From: Paraglomus brasilianum
Taxonomy: Eukaryota
DNA: 64,000 bases
Direction of reading: 5' to 3'
Assembly (NCBI GenBank): GCA_910592345.1
Contig: CAJVPI010000049.1
Span: forward strand, 1-64,000
Part shown: piece by piece, positions 37,199 to 50,034 of the stretch
Layout: every line of letters starts with the position of its first letter
Position numbering within the stretch: the first letter of the stretch is position 1
Program-made: the position numbers and the translations under genes
The notes under the pieces: model-generated
Databases searched by the model: none
Told to the model about the DNA's origin: nothing
What the model saw: the letters and a program-made list of their open reading frames with translations, nothing else

Positions 37199-39653
37199 CT
37201 ACCCTCGGCAGTAATAAATGCTTCAGGATCAACAATCTCAGTAGAGAAATAGCCTTGCATAACTTCTGTAAAACTCAGTCCTCCGTCTGCATTGACAATT
37301 GATTTATGTCGTGTCTTATTATTTGGATACACCACTAACGGATTATCAAAATCGATCGGTTGCTTAGGCAAATCGTAGTTAATATGCCAACCCCTATCTT
37401 CAGCAGCGCGTTCGCAGATAAGCTCGCAAAGAGCTGAAATGGTGTAAAACGGATTCACCCCAAGAGAAGTAGGAATGACGGCCGCATCACAAACATAGAG
37501 ACCATCGTGCACTTCAGTGCTGAATTCAGCGTCTCCTTTGAACACTTGTCCTTTATAGTTGACAACTCCTTCAGTTGAATCATCGCCCATTACACAGCCC
37601 CCAATTGGATGAACAGTGACGAGCGATTTCTTGAATAGGCTGGACCATACAGGCGAGTGTACATATGTGCCACCGACAGCATGAGACGCATCTGAAAGTA
37701 CTTTGTTGATATGTTTTACCTGATCGGTCTTGCCAACATCCGGAAATTCAATCTTGAGACGATCATCTTCGAGTTCTAATTTGCCTTGCTGGTCGTCATG
37801 TGACATTACTAAGAATACTTGGGTACGACCCAACGCGCTCCCAGGGACAAAGTCCCTCCATGTGCCACGAAATTTTTGTGAAATCGACAGATTCGCTGAA
37901 TCTCCGGTGGTTTTATAAGCTAATTTCAAATGGAGCGAGAAGAAACGCGCGGCGGCTAGCGGGCAGACGCCTTCTTCGATTACATAGCCATCAAAGGCAT
38001 TGTCTTTCTTGCGCATATCAATGATGCCGGTAATACATGGTCCGACAGGATCAGTGTTTTTACCGCGACTACTCGCGCCGACACCTGATTCGAGGATTAA
38101 AAAAGGACAACAAAAACGGAAATTCGAATCAGTAAGAAGAAAAAAATAAATTAAACCGTCATAATTATTACCGCATGGGAAAATGTAAATTACCGTTTAC
38201 AAAGCGATCGCAGTTATAGGCGAATCCCAAAATCTGTCATAAGAGCCGGTGATGATATTAAGTACCCGAACCAAGGGATAAAAAATATTATACAATAAAA
38301 TAGAAAATAAAATAAAGGTTTTTTTTTTTACTCACGTCACCATTACCAGAAAAGCCTTTTCCTAATTCCTTGCTTATGGGTAATCCGTGTGCTTTTGATC
38401 TCATCATTATCTCGTTAGTACCAAAGGTACCAGCAGCAACGAATACAACTTCGGCAGTCACAAACATAAGTGATTGGGAATTTTTCTCCCCAAAGTGTGG
38501 TCTTCCATCCTATGCAAAAAGAATTTACTGTAAGGCTATATTATATCCCCAATAGACCACCACCGCTCTTGTGAAAATGCTCATTCAAAACTTTAATAGA
38601 GACGGTTTTTTTATCTTACCCCTAGCCATTCATAGTACACGACCCACAACCCAGTTTTCTCGTTCTTCTTAATCTTCTTCACTTCAATTTCGCAGAAAAT
38701 CTCTGCGCCATGATTCCATGCATCAGGTATATAGTTCATCAATGTACTATTCTTACTTCCATCGTTAATTCCCGTAGCGTCATTTCCAGTAAGTGTAGAC
38801 TTATGTTGTCGCACACCAGCATTATTTACGCGATTCTCAAAATGAACGGTGATTGGCACTCGGCGGAAGTTTTCGTTGAATTCCGAGCCCATCAGACGCG
38901 CTTGCTCTTCAAAGACTTTGAGTTTGGGAAGTTCAGGCCAGTGAGATGGATAAACATTTGGTTCGAGCATCTGCTCGACTCGCTTGTAAGCTGGATAACG
39001 GACGATGGGGTATGTTTGAGTTTTTTCATTCCGTAAATTAATTTACTATTAAATTACGCTTGATCTTGGTTGTTCATCGAAATACCTTGTGTTATCTTTC
39101 CGTTATTGTGGTCTGCATAAATTTCGGCTGGCCAAGCTTTTTCCCGTCGCCATGTTAGCTCGTCTGCCTCTAGTGCAACATTTGCATTTACGAGCGATGT
39201 GCCTCCAAGACTAATATCCGATAAAATTATCCAATTAACCAGGCGTAATCTTTTATCATAGACTGGGGGAACGTTTAAAACTATACTGTACTTACCCGCA
39301 AGCGACATATGCTTCTTGATCGTTCCCATGATAGAATTGATACATGCCAGTCTTTTTACCTTGATGGCCTGCTTTTGAATGTATTTGTATGTCTTTTAGA
39401 CATTCTGAAAGCGTCTCTGGATATTCTCCTGGCCATCTTTCCTTCCCTGAAAGCAAGAAAAAATGTTGATACAATGCAATGATTTGATGTATTTGCGTTG
39501 AATCATTCAATTACCTTTTTCCAACAAAGCAACTCGTTTATTGGCACGGGACATGCGTGAAGCGGCGATGGCGCCACCGTATCCAGAGCCTATTACTACT
39601 ACATCATAATGCTCTTGCAAATGAGATACTGGTTTCGATATGTGTTTATACAT
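35022..39653 (-). CDS. Cholesterol-oxidase-like GMC flavoprotein fused to a C-terminal alpha/beta-hydrolase domain, 12 exons
   Basis: HYDVVVIGSGYGG FAD motif, GLGGTSLVNANV, GSKNSTLMNYIPDAWNHGAEIF, TVHPIGGCVMG, GLYVCDAAVIPTSLGVNP. Then VLLVHGA, YDVWLIDYR, SHCLG and GHLD. Every intron junction checked keeps the frame. Confidence 0.9.
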
Positions 39654-41832
39654 TTTTATTTACTGCGGAACGTGTATAGAGAGAGGGAGAACTGCGTCAA
39701 TAACAAATAGATGTGTTGTTGCTTGGGGAAAAAACCAGTCCATATTTCGCATATCCAGTTTTATAGGTTTCCGATCCGAAAATTTGAAAAGCTTCATTCT
39801 GTAAAGAAAGTTAATATTAATGAGCTTGTGCAATATTTGGAACCAAATCAGGCCTATAAGTTGCCCCCATTACCCATTGAAAAGTTATACCCGCACCGTT
39901 ATTTGGTTAGCCCTTTTTAGATAGAACTGAATGGACTTGGTGACCAATAAGAAAAACAGCGCTTATTATTATTCAGACAATATTAATATTAACATTCCAT
40001 TCAATTGCCAATCATACGCACTCTCTGAAACCTTTATCTGCTTTAAGTCCAACACTCTTGATCAGCGTACAATGTTTGAAACCTAATTCACCAGTCAATT
40101 ACTTGTTAAAAATTGAGACATTGTGGCATTATCAACAATATTAACACATTGGCTCTTTTGCGTCTGCCCACCAACGCAAGGAAATTTAATCTTACTCTAT
40201 TTCGAATGTTACAATTGTTTATTGATGTATCATACACTGTTCTTTCTTATTCCCACCGTTAATGATAAGCTGTTTCTCTCGCGCATTTTATCGAACACGT
40301 TGGATAATTCGTTCTGTCTCATACCCGAAAATAGTGATACAAATTCAACTTTCAAAACCGTTATCGATAAGATATCTGCTCATAACGCTTCCCATTTGTC
40401 AGTCAAACAAAGTTTTTTTTCAATGCATATTATTTGTTAATCACACATGCGAGCTATGGTATAATATGACAACAGGATTAGTATTACGGATTACTAGTTT
40501 GTGATCTCCTCGGTTATTTCACAATGTCCGGCATTCTTTTTTAAGTACAATCGCTCAAGTACAACAATGACGAAGTTTACCTAAGCGTAAAATGCCATGC
40601 CGAAACACAGGATGCAAAGTGTTTGGGTAGGAAAGTAGAAGTACAATTAAAATTTCAATGGAATGCCTACTTAGCCGTATATAGTATATAACTTCCTTAT
40701 TTTGATTGTCATGCAAGAAAAGTCTTCAAATATATGAAGGATAAATAGTCTATTGATTCGCCAATGCGAAAGTCAATCGTGTGATTTGTTTAAGCTTAAG
40801 CATCTCATAGCTGATGGTTTCGATAAACCACGCAGTTAGCGTTCCCATTTGGTGATTCGTTTGAGGTATGAATAACTCTTCAGCCTTTATTGAGAAGTAA
40901 GGTCCTGTTCTCACTGTTTCTGTGTGACAATCTTATACCGTATTCTTCCGAAAATAAGCAACGCTTCGGAAAAATTAAATAAATAAATAAATAATTAATT
41001 AATTAATTTGGCTTTATAAATATTATGAAATTAACAAGTTATTAGTGTTTGTCCAAAAAATATACAATCGTTGGAAAGATTAATCCGTGATATCAGTCCC
41101 ACCAATGATCATCGTCATCGTCGTCACTGATATCAGCCGAGTCCAAATCGGTTGAAATATTACACGTTTTAAAGGACTTAACAATTATATCAGTAGAAAT
41201 ACCCACCCATGAACGTTTCACACATCACTAAGACTTGCGCGGCGAAATTTCCCGAGGCGGTTTTAACAACTCTTCTCGAAGAAGGAATAGGTTTAAAACC
41301 TGTTTCGCGTACTACGTGATAAATCACGAATGATGAATCTGAAATTCTATCGACAAAAATCACATGATTTAGTGGTTGCGTGATCAAGTTTTATTAAACA
41401 AGCAACACTATAACAAAAAAGTGTTGTATAGATAGATATGCATCGATAACATTGGTTGAAACCAATAAACCACAAAACACATAATAATAATATCCGAGAA
41501 TGTGACACCATTGGATAATCGTAATAGAATGTACAATTTAAAATTCACATTTGCCTGATATCTCTCCGATCCCTTTTCCCCAAATGACAACAACACTGGC
41601 TCAGTATTTACCAATTATATCTGGGGCAAGCTGTAACGAAACCACATTTGACCCTGCAACCCATAACTAGTTTTTTAGTTGTATTTTTAAATTCACATAT
41701 CAAATTGATTAAGATAAACTTTTGCTTGACATTATAACATGTTTATATTCATATTGACATAGGATTATCTCCATATAAAAAAAACATTAATATGAAACTA
41801 ATTTGCATTAAATCCACAATGAAACCAAAGTG

Positions 41833-42600
41833 CACAGTGAAAGTCGATATAACGGATTCCTCGGGACAAATCCGTTATATCGTGACACTCTGTTATAATT
41901 CCGTTATATTGAACAATGTCTCGTTAAGCTCCGTTTATCGAAAAAATCCGTACTAAGCAAAATTCGTTATATCAACGAACCGTTACATGAGCAAGGAGGG
42001 AAAAAATGAATAATTATAATATTCTAATCATGACAAAAAACAAGGTCAATGAATAAAAATCTGTTTTTTACTTCCCTTATCCATTTTTCACTTCCCACTC
42101 GATTTATTTAACCAGGCAATTAATTTCATTCATCACTTAAATTGCCAATACCAACTAATGAAGACAAAGGAAAGGTAATAACAATCACTACAGCGGTAGC
42201 AACGGTTATATCAACTGTTATTTTGGTTCTCCATCGCGGTACTTTCCATGAACACGTGGTATTACGTACGCATACCCTTCGTCGTCAAGCGATTTCTGAC
42301 GTTGACGTCTTCCTCGTTTTCTGTTAAAGAGGCGGACGGCGATCTCAATAATAAAAAGTTCTTTTATTAGTACGCGTCTTCTTTTGCTGCCAGTTATTTC
42401 TCCACCATTCATTGCTTTCAATAAAAATATATCTTGCTCGGTTCTAAAAAGGGTTCGAAACGCCTCACGTATTCGGCAACTTTTTTGAACAGCCACAATT
42501 GCAATGGCCTTTTGTTTGTCAAGCAACTTATGAATTTCAAACGCCATTTTGTTAAATGGAAATTTTGGATCCGATTCGGTTCTGTTTAAGACCGTTCCAT
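41833..42600 (-). mobile_element. Truncated member of the 9434-10277 pogo-type family (one TIR only)
   Basis: Identical TIR CACAGTGAAAGTCGATATAACGGA at 41833-41856, followed by ctcgggac and ccgttatat repeats matching the reverse complement of the 3' end of the 9434 element. Second TIR absent; right boundary approximate. Confidence 0.65.
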
Positions 42601-42723
42601 AACTTGATTTTTGAGATTATAAGCCACGGTACCCGCAACGATTAGGTAACAGAAAATCGGACACGAGGATTTCAGCATCAGCCGTCACAATTACTTTAAA
42701 CGATGCATCATTTTTCAACGATA

Positions 42724-43499
42724 CAGTCGACCCTCCATATATGCACGCCAAGTCTTATTCCCAAGCTTGGGAGTTAGTAAATATATGCACACCCTCTATA
42801 TTCTGCATTGCACGGTGTTGTTCACTTCCCGCTATATGAAAAATCCACTCTCCATATATGCACGCCCGTGATTTTGTACAACAAATGATATTACCATTAC
42901 ACAGGATATCTAAACAAAGTAAAGATCATACAAAGAGTGTGATTTGTAATACTTACATATTACGTTGTCTTATTGGTTACACTTTGTTTCTATTTGAAAA
43001 AAATTCGTATAAAGATCTCATATTATCGAAAAAAATTCGTAAATCATTGTTGTTTAACACAGTCTTTATCATCCTTCATTTAATATTAACAGGTCAGGTA
43101 AATAAAGAATTAATGACGGATAAAGAATTTTGTAATCGTTCATGAAAGAAATAAATCCATTGTTTAACATCTTTGTTAGAGGTTTACCTTCGGCATTAGA
43201 CGCTCATATCAATGATAGTAAAATTGATGACAGCTATAAAGAGTTTAGAATTAGTTCGCTCCTTTTTGCAACAGCAAGAAGATTCTAAAGAGTTACTTAA
43301 CCATGTTAATGCTCTTGATTACTACATTGATTTAAAGTTGATGAATGCAAAGAAACAAACAACCATAGACAATTTTTTTAATCAAAAATAGTAAACAGGT
43401 ACCGTATTTTAATTTTGTTTTTCATTATTATGAATAAATAAAAGAACATATCACGTGTAACCAATAAAATACTGACTCTCCATATATGGAGGGCGACTG
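42724..43499 (+). mobile_element. pogo/Tigger-type non-autonomous element, copy 1
   Basis: TA|CAGTCGACCCTCCATATATG ... CATATATGGAGGGCGACTG|TA. Internal transposase C-terminal remnant AIKSLELVRSFLQQQEDSKE...KKQTTIDNFF. Confidence 0.85.
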
Positions 43500-44264
43500 T
43501 ACGTATAATGGTGAAGTGAATCTCATCAAAATACACTCAACCATCTTCTGCAAACCACAAAACTTTTTTAGAAGCTGCCGTCGGGTTTACCCATGCACAA
43601 AATTTAGTTGCTTTGTCTGGAAGTCTATCTTTCATATTATCGCTCAGAACTGGTGCAGATTGTACCGAAATAGTTATCTTTACTAGCATGTTTAAATTGT
43701 GTACAGCAACCGTTATGTTAGTATTCTGTCTGCATATTGTATACCCCCACGACATATTAACTTTGTGCAGCTCCACAAACTTTTTTTTATGAAAATTCTT
43801 TCCTATTTTTTTAAACAAGACCGTCGACAGCCTAAGTTCTTAAACACATACTGTATCTTCTGAATTGTCGTTCATCGAACCAAGTTCCAGAAGGAGCATA
43901 CGTAAGTAATTTTCCAGAATTCTTCACGTTAAAAGAATTTGAGCTTTAAGCGGTTGCGAATGCAGGGGAAGATAATGATCAGGTGACCAGATATTGAGTT
44001 CAAAACTAGCAGCATAGCAGTGTATAAATAAAATTCCTAAAATGGTACGATATACGAAGAACACTCAACCATGAGAAATGTTACCATATTAATATATAGA
44101 ATTTGTTCCAAAAAACGTCACCACAAAACCAAACAAATATTGCAGATGTGACATAATCAAGCAGTAAAGATGATTATCTATTGTCACTTATCGGAACAGA
44201 GCACTTCCTTGAAACTTCATTGTGTAACAGCAAATGGCGTAAGCTAGGAAAACAGATAGAAAAA

Positions 44265-44372
44265 TGTTGTGTCTGAGTTGGGGACCTGTTTCAGTTCGGA
44301 ACCCAGTCACTCAGTCCAGAACTCAGTTATCTCAGCCCAGAACTGAGACAGGTCCCCAACTGAGGTACAACA
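44265..44372. mobile_element. 108-bp hairpin MITE with TGT...ACA ends
   Basis: 33-bp imperfect TIR tgttgtgtctgagttggggacctgtttcagttc / gaactgagacaggtccccaactgaggtacaaca. An internally deleted copy lies at 52211-52286. Confidence 0.6.
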
Positions 44373-47300
44373 TACTAAAATCCAAAATCTGTAGATTTCT
44401 GTCATTGTCCGCAGTGGAACTAGTTTGACATCAGTTATCCGATCACAAACTTTGGTTTACTCAACGTACAAGATTTTGTGTTCAGATATATATTTTTTTG
44501 TCTCTGCTAATCTTTCTTCAGCGCTGCATTTGGGTAATTTCAATTTAGCGACAGTTAGGTAACATGCCACAAACTAACAAGTTGCGAGAATGTAAAGTCC
44601 GTATTACCAGTACAGCAGTAAAAATAGCTGTAAAAATGGAGTCAGTACTACTACGTATATGATGTTGGGGTCATGTTATCATCAAGGTTCAGTAACAATA
44701 CACTCGACAAATTCTATTACTTGTCGTGTTACCCAGTAAAAAATGTCGGCCACGTATAAAATTGTTTAAAGCCTATCGGACATTATTTTTGCGCTTGAGT
44801 TCACGCTTGTGTTGTTTTTTGCAAAAGCTTTTTGCTTTCTGTTTTGACCAAGAATTATCACTCCTTTTGTTTTCACGAACATAGTTATCTGATGGTTATC
44901 CTTTTCTTTGACGAGCAGAAAGATATTAAAATTGCGTGCACGGAGTTTGCAATATTTGCACCACGCCACACTGGGTAAATACTATACATGTGAATTCATT
45001 TTTGTGCTTTGTAAACATTTTCGTTTACGGAAAGCCTTTTCTTTTCTTTTTTTTTCGTGTGCAAAATTTTTTTAAACGAGTTGTTTATTAATTAATCACA
45101 GATTATATCTCCTAAATTGTTATTTTATCGGACTAGGTTGCAGAAACAAATATAGATAAGTGTTTGAGATTTTAATTTAAGCTGGGAGAAATAATGATCA
45201 GGTGATCAAGTGTTGACGTTACATGACGTTCGGAGAACCAACAACTTATTCTACAGCCGCTCGACTTTAAAACTGTTTACCTATGGACACACGTTTCTGA
45301 ATGTTCTAAGCGAGCCATTGTAATTATTCTAATATAAAATCACACAAGTTCGCCATATAGTTACATTCTCTTATCTGTTTGTCTATTGCCGAAACTTTCT
45401 GAACTCCGAAAACGAAGTTGCCCGAAATGGATTCTTTATCAGTGCTGCACGGACCCATTGTAATACAACGGATAGACTAATACGTGTTTTTGCGTAAGAA
45501 AACCTGCACATTAGGTTTCGCCAAACCCCATGACTGGAGATTGACTAGTTTATATTTGTTATTCGGAAGTGAGAAGCAGATATTTGGCATGAGCTAAAAT
45601 ACAGTTAAACTGCGTTGTCAAGAACGGTTTATAGATAAATGTTTTGCTGCCAATAAGAGATAGTGATCTAATTCTCACATTATATTACTTGAAACCCGGT
45701 TTAGGAAATATCATATGGTTATACTGTATGTGTGTAACTTCTCTGCAATCGCAATATAAATAGCAACTTCATTCCTTTGTTTTGATAAAGATGATGCAAA
45801 AAGACATAGTATTCAGGTTACGATTATAAAACGATATAAATGCGGTCGACATGTACTGCAAGTTTAAAGAAATTTTTATTACTCTTTCTAGTACAAACTA
45901 TAACAAATAACTGGAAACTATGAATAATGTTATTCGCGAACCATATATTAAGGCATACGTTACTCATTCATTTTCAATATATATTACGGCTGCTTTAGGG
46001 AGATAACGAATGAAGGCTATTATATAAGTTTACGGGTTTATCTCATCAAAAGTCAACATGATAACAAATCTCTCCACTGAATGATAACGAGTTCAACGAT
46101 AACGAAGACCTACCAGCTCATTTGTGAAGAAAAGAAGATACCCATTTGTAAACTGATGGTATTACTAGAAATAAGACCGTATTTAATGTGCGGACCCGTA
46201 GACGTAGTGCTGACGCACCCATTAAACGGACACCTTAAAAATACCTTTACTGCCGCAAAAAAACAGTCTCTCATACAATGCACCGCCGAATTATTTGTAG
46301 TCGAAAACAAGCTATACGGTGATACGTTATTGAACTGCAGTTTATAAACGTCAAATTGGAGCCAACAAACGAATACCGTGGACGGAGGAAAAGCGACCGA
46401 AAAGGGGTAACCAAGGAGGAAGGTGTGAGTGAAGTAGAATTTTTTCTTTTTTTTTTTTTTGGGTAATTTTTAGTCAGTCCGAGAATCTGATTTTTGTCAG
46501 CTATACATAATGCAAAAAAGCATGTGTTATGATATAATTATACAAGTTTTGGAGGGATCGTTCGAGTAGCGATTTGCTATGTTGTGGTGAATGGTTTCTG
46601 TTAAATATCTGATACTTTTAATGTTTCGCTCTACTATCATCTTTCTTATGAACCGGTTTCTCAATCTTCAAGCTAAACTATAAACAATGTAATCATACAA
46701 CATCTTTGTTTAGCAGATCAACATATTTTATAGGGAATAAATGTTCACTATATAAATAAATGCAACGAAACGTAAAACGATCACAAACATAATCATTGTT
46801 TATGTATCTGTATTTAAAATATTATTTGTCGTGATCATATGCAAGCATTTGATGGTTGATGAAATTATTGCTAATGATATATTATAATAGTTGAGAGCCG
46901 TTATAGTTTATTAGATTATTGAATATAAAGTTACAATAAGCGCTTTTTATTTGTGGGATATAATGGGTAAGATCAACATATATGAAAAACATGTTACGTA
47001 TTAGTATTGCTTATTAGGCATTAGCTTATTTACCATTTTCAGTTTGCGTTCCATGTTAACCGAGGTTCCGACGAATCCGGTTGTGCGAACCTGTATACAG
47101 AAAACGTAAGAGTCGACATTTTAGGAAAAACCAAAAATAATTGTGCGTTTATTTGTTCTTAAGTGTTTTATTTATATACGAAGATAAATATGAAGTACAG
47201 AATTCGAGCAAGGACCCGCAGTAGTTATGGAAACTTTAATGAGAGACTCTAATATAGATCTGAACAGACACAAACAAAACGACAATCATTTGTCTGTTAG

Positions 47301-47470
47301 CATGCCTTCGCTGAAAATGTAACTAACCCGAAGCAAGAACAGGTTTATCCATTTCTCCTTGGAGTCCCAACGTTTGCATAAACTACACATGCAATTTCAA
47401 AATAATAGTCTTTACCAACATATTTGCGTGCCGTGTGTATATTGTGCTAAACTTACTATACTAGAAAGGC

Positions 47471-47590
47471 ACAATTAATTAGCTTCAGAATAATACAAAA
47501 ATCATCATGCTTTGCATAGTACACAAGGGCACGAGAGATTTTTGAAAATAAGAGCCTTTCATATGTTTTACTATTAGAATTTTGTTACCT
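47471..47590. repeat. Diverged solo copy of the foldback arm at 11480-11600
   Basis: caattaattagcttcagaa...agagatttttgaaaataagagcctttcatatgttttacta aligns with caatcaattagcttcaaaa...agagattttcaaaaataaagagttttcatatgttttacta. Confidence 0.7.
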
Positions 47591-47970
47591 GGTTGTTCAA
47601 GAATCTGACTCATCGAAAAAATTTTAAACATGACAAAGCACGATTAGAAAAGTTTTAGTCAATAATTCAATAGTGTGAGACTTTATTTCCAAGCTATACA
47701 TACGTGCTACAGCTAGTTTTAACATCAGCTACTTGATATTACATACTGGATAGTTGAGAGGTGAAATAAGGAATACAAGTTAGGCAAGATGGGGGAGAGC
47801 TAGAGTGATTACATGTTGAAATGAATTTGAAAGAGTGTGTGGTGTGAGGGAATATCATTAATATATGAATAATAATCATACGAGTAAATCAAACTTTTAT
47901 CTTTCTAACAAACAATTCTCAGATATTTCAACATCCTTCTCAGTCGCTTATGAATGTTTTATGCCGAGTT

Positions 47971-49722
47971 TTATGCGTGAGGCGCCTCGATATTCTTGTG
48001 AGTGTCATCCTTTACGATGTTGTCTACGCTTACAACGTAATCCTGTAAAAAGAACTCCAATGCAAGATGTCTTTTTTCCATCGCTTTAAATTTCTGGTCG
48101 ACCGAAAAATTATCTGATAATATAGGACCCGAGAACGGGATATTTGGACGTAGATTATCGTAGAGGGCTGACCTAACTCTGTGGCGAACACACGGCAGAT
48201 TTTGAATCAAACCCCATGGACCTATTACGTCGGCGCCTGTGAAAAAGAATCGATATAGAGCTTAACAAAATACGCATGCTTGAAAGAAAAGCAGAGTAAT
48301 AAATCCAAGGAAGTGGATAGAATTTCGTTCACATACCGAATAAGAACATATAAATTGTCATTGCAGCAGTGTAAATACCGCCCACAGCACTGATGAGATC
48401 AGTCACCGTCAAATCGCTAATATTAAGGAGTTAAACATATGTTAGCATAAAAGTATTTATTAACATTAGCAATATTTCTTTTTTCATTTGAGCAGTTTGT
48501 GTCATGTATACTTACGAGTTTTCGGTTTCCGTTATGACTATATAAGAATTGGGTCTTATAACTACAGCCGCGTAACTTCCGACAGCGATGTTGGGGTACG
48601 ATACTAAAGCAAAATGTGCGATTAGTATGTAGTTTCTCTCGACAAAGCGGGCCTCGCTAATTAAATAAGGTATAATACTTGTTTCTCTAGCTTACCGAGT
48701 ATGCTGTTTATCATTGTTATAGGTTTATGATCGCCGTTTCCAGACAGTACGTTTACAGCATTTTGGTGAAGGGTACTTACTATTTTGCGTGAGTAAAAGA
48801 GGGCGTACGACTAATCACATGAGGATTGTTATTAGTATATGGTGGAGCTAAAGTATCAAAATATAATTATTTCATTTATTGACATGTTAGAATCCGCTCA
48901 CCTGGTCTCTAGCGATATAGTAAGAGTTAGCAAGCGCTACCGTAGACTCATAACCAGAAACTCCTTTTATGCGTTTCGTATTGGACAATATTGCCAAATC
49001 AGACTCCGCATCTAAGAGTTGTTTTTTTTTTAATCAGAATTGTTTTTGTTGCATAGCATGACGATTTTGCTCATGTAACTTGTGCGGAATACATTAATTG
49101 TATACCTTTATCAGAAAAAAACGCATCCATATTAACATCGCCGCCAGTAAACCTTGAATCCGTTATAACAACCGCCAATTCAATGCCGAATAAGGCATTT
49201 GCATTATCGTTAGGGTTATCAAACTCTAAGACAGGTGCACTGAAGTTTAACAAGTAACCACCGAAATATGGATAGGCGTTGGTGACATACTTATTACAAT
49301 CGCCAATCGCTAAAATATCAAATTAACGCACACGTATCAATATTGGTTATTAACAAATAGAAAATAACGTCACTGTTTCAACATACAGTAATCATAATAG
49401 ACCGTCTTGCAGTCGACTGTGAAGTCAAAAAGAGAGAAAAAAGAAGCTCCTGAAAGAAAGAGAGAATGGCTTAATATTAAATTCAATATCAGTTTTATTA
49501 CATTAATAGGAAAGATTACGTACTTGGGGCAGGAATGGGGCCACTATCGTCTTCTTTATAGCTTAAAGTTCTCTCATTTTGGCTCAGCTTATATGCTTTC
49601 CAGAAAAAATAGATTAATACGCCTATGTAGCAAATCCATAAAGATATTATTTTCGACCTTTTGATAGCAGTGAGCTCAGAACGTCGTAAAGGAAATAGGT
49701 TGTCAATGAAATTTTTTATCAT
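47971..49722 (-). CDS. Uncharacterised two-transmembrane protein, copy 1, 374 aa; exons 49722-49524, 49449-49387, 49309-49106, 49011-48902, 48810-48696, 48603-48516, 48416-48337, 48236-47971
   Basis: All 7 GT-AG introns keep the frame (1125 nt). Layout: RRSE motif, TM1 (IISLWICYIGVLIYFFW), loop with two Cys, LTVTDLISAVGGIYTAAMTIYMFLFG (TM2), PWGLIQ, C-terminal RHLALEFFLQDYVV. Confidence 0.85.
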
Positions 49723-50034
49723 GGTGAAATATAATGAAAATTAAATCGTCGATACTGGTCAATATATTTTTAGGGTATCCTTTTGTTATTATTATGCAAG
49801 GATAATCGCGACTATTGGGGAAAAGCGCGGGGTTTTATAACTTTATCTTTGGTGTACTGTTGCATATTTAACAATTCTGCAATAATGGCAACACTGACAA
49901 TGTCAAGTGACAAAATTTTAAACACACACAAGTCTGTCTAATCTAACTGTTTTGGTGTACAAAGGTTTGCGTTCAAATGTTTGGGCAAAAGAAATCATGT
50001 GATAAGATGCCCGTATCACGTTCAGAACAAAGTA

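Noticed and set aside
40123..40504. ORFs of 105 aa and 80 aa upstream of the GMC gene
   Set aside because: No recognisable motifs or consistent splice model.
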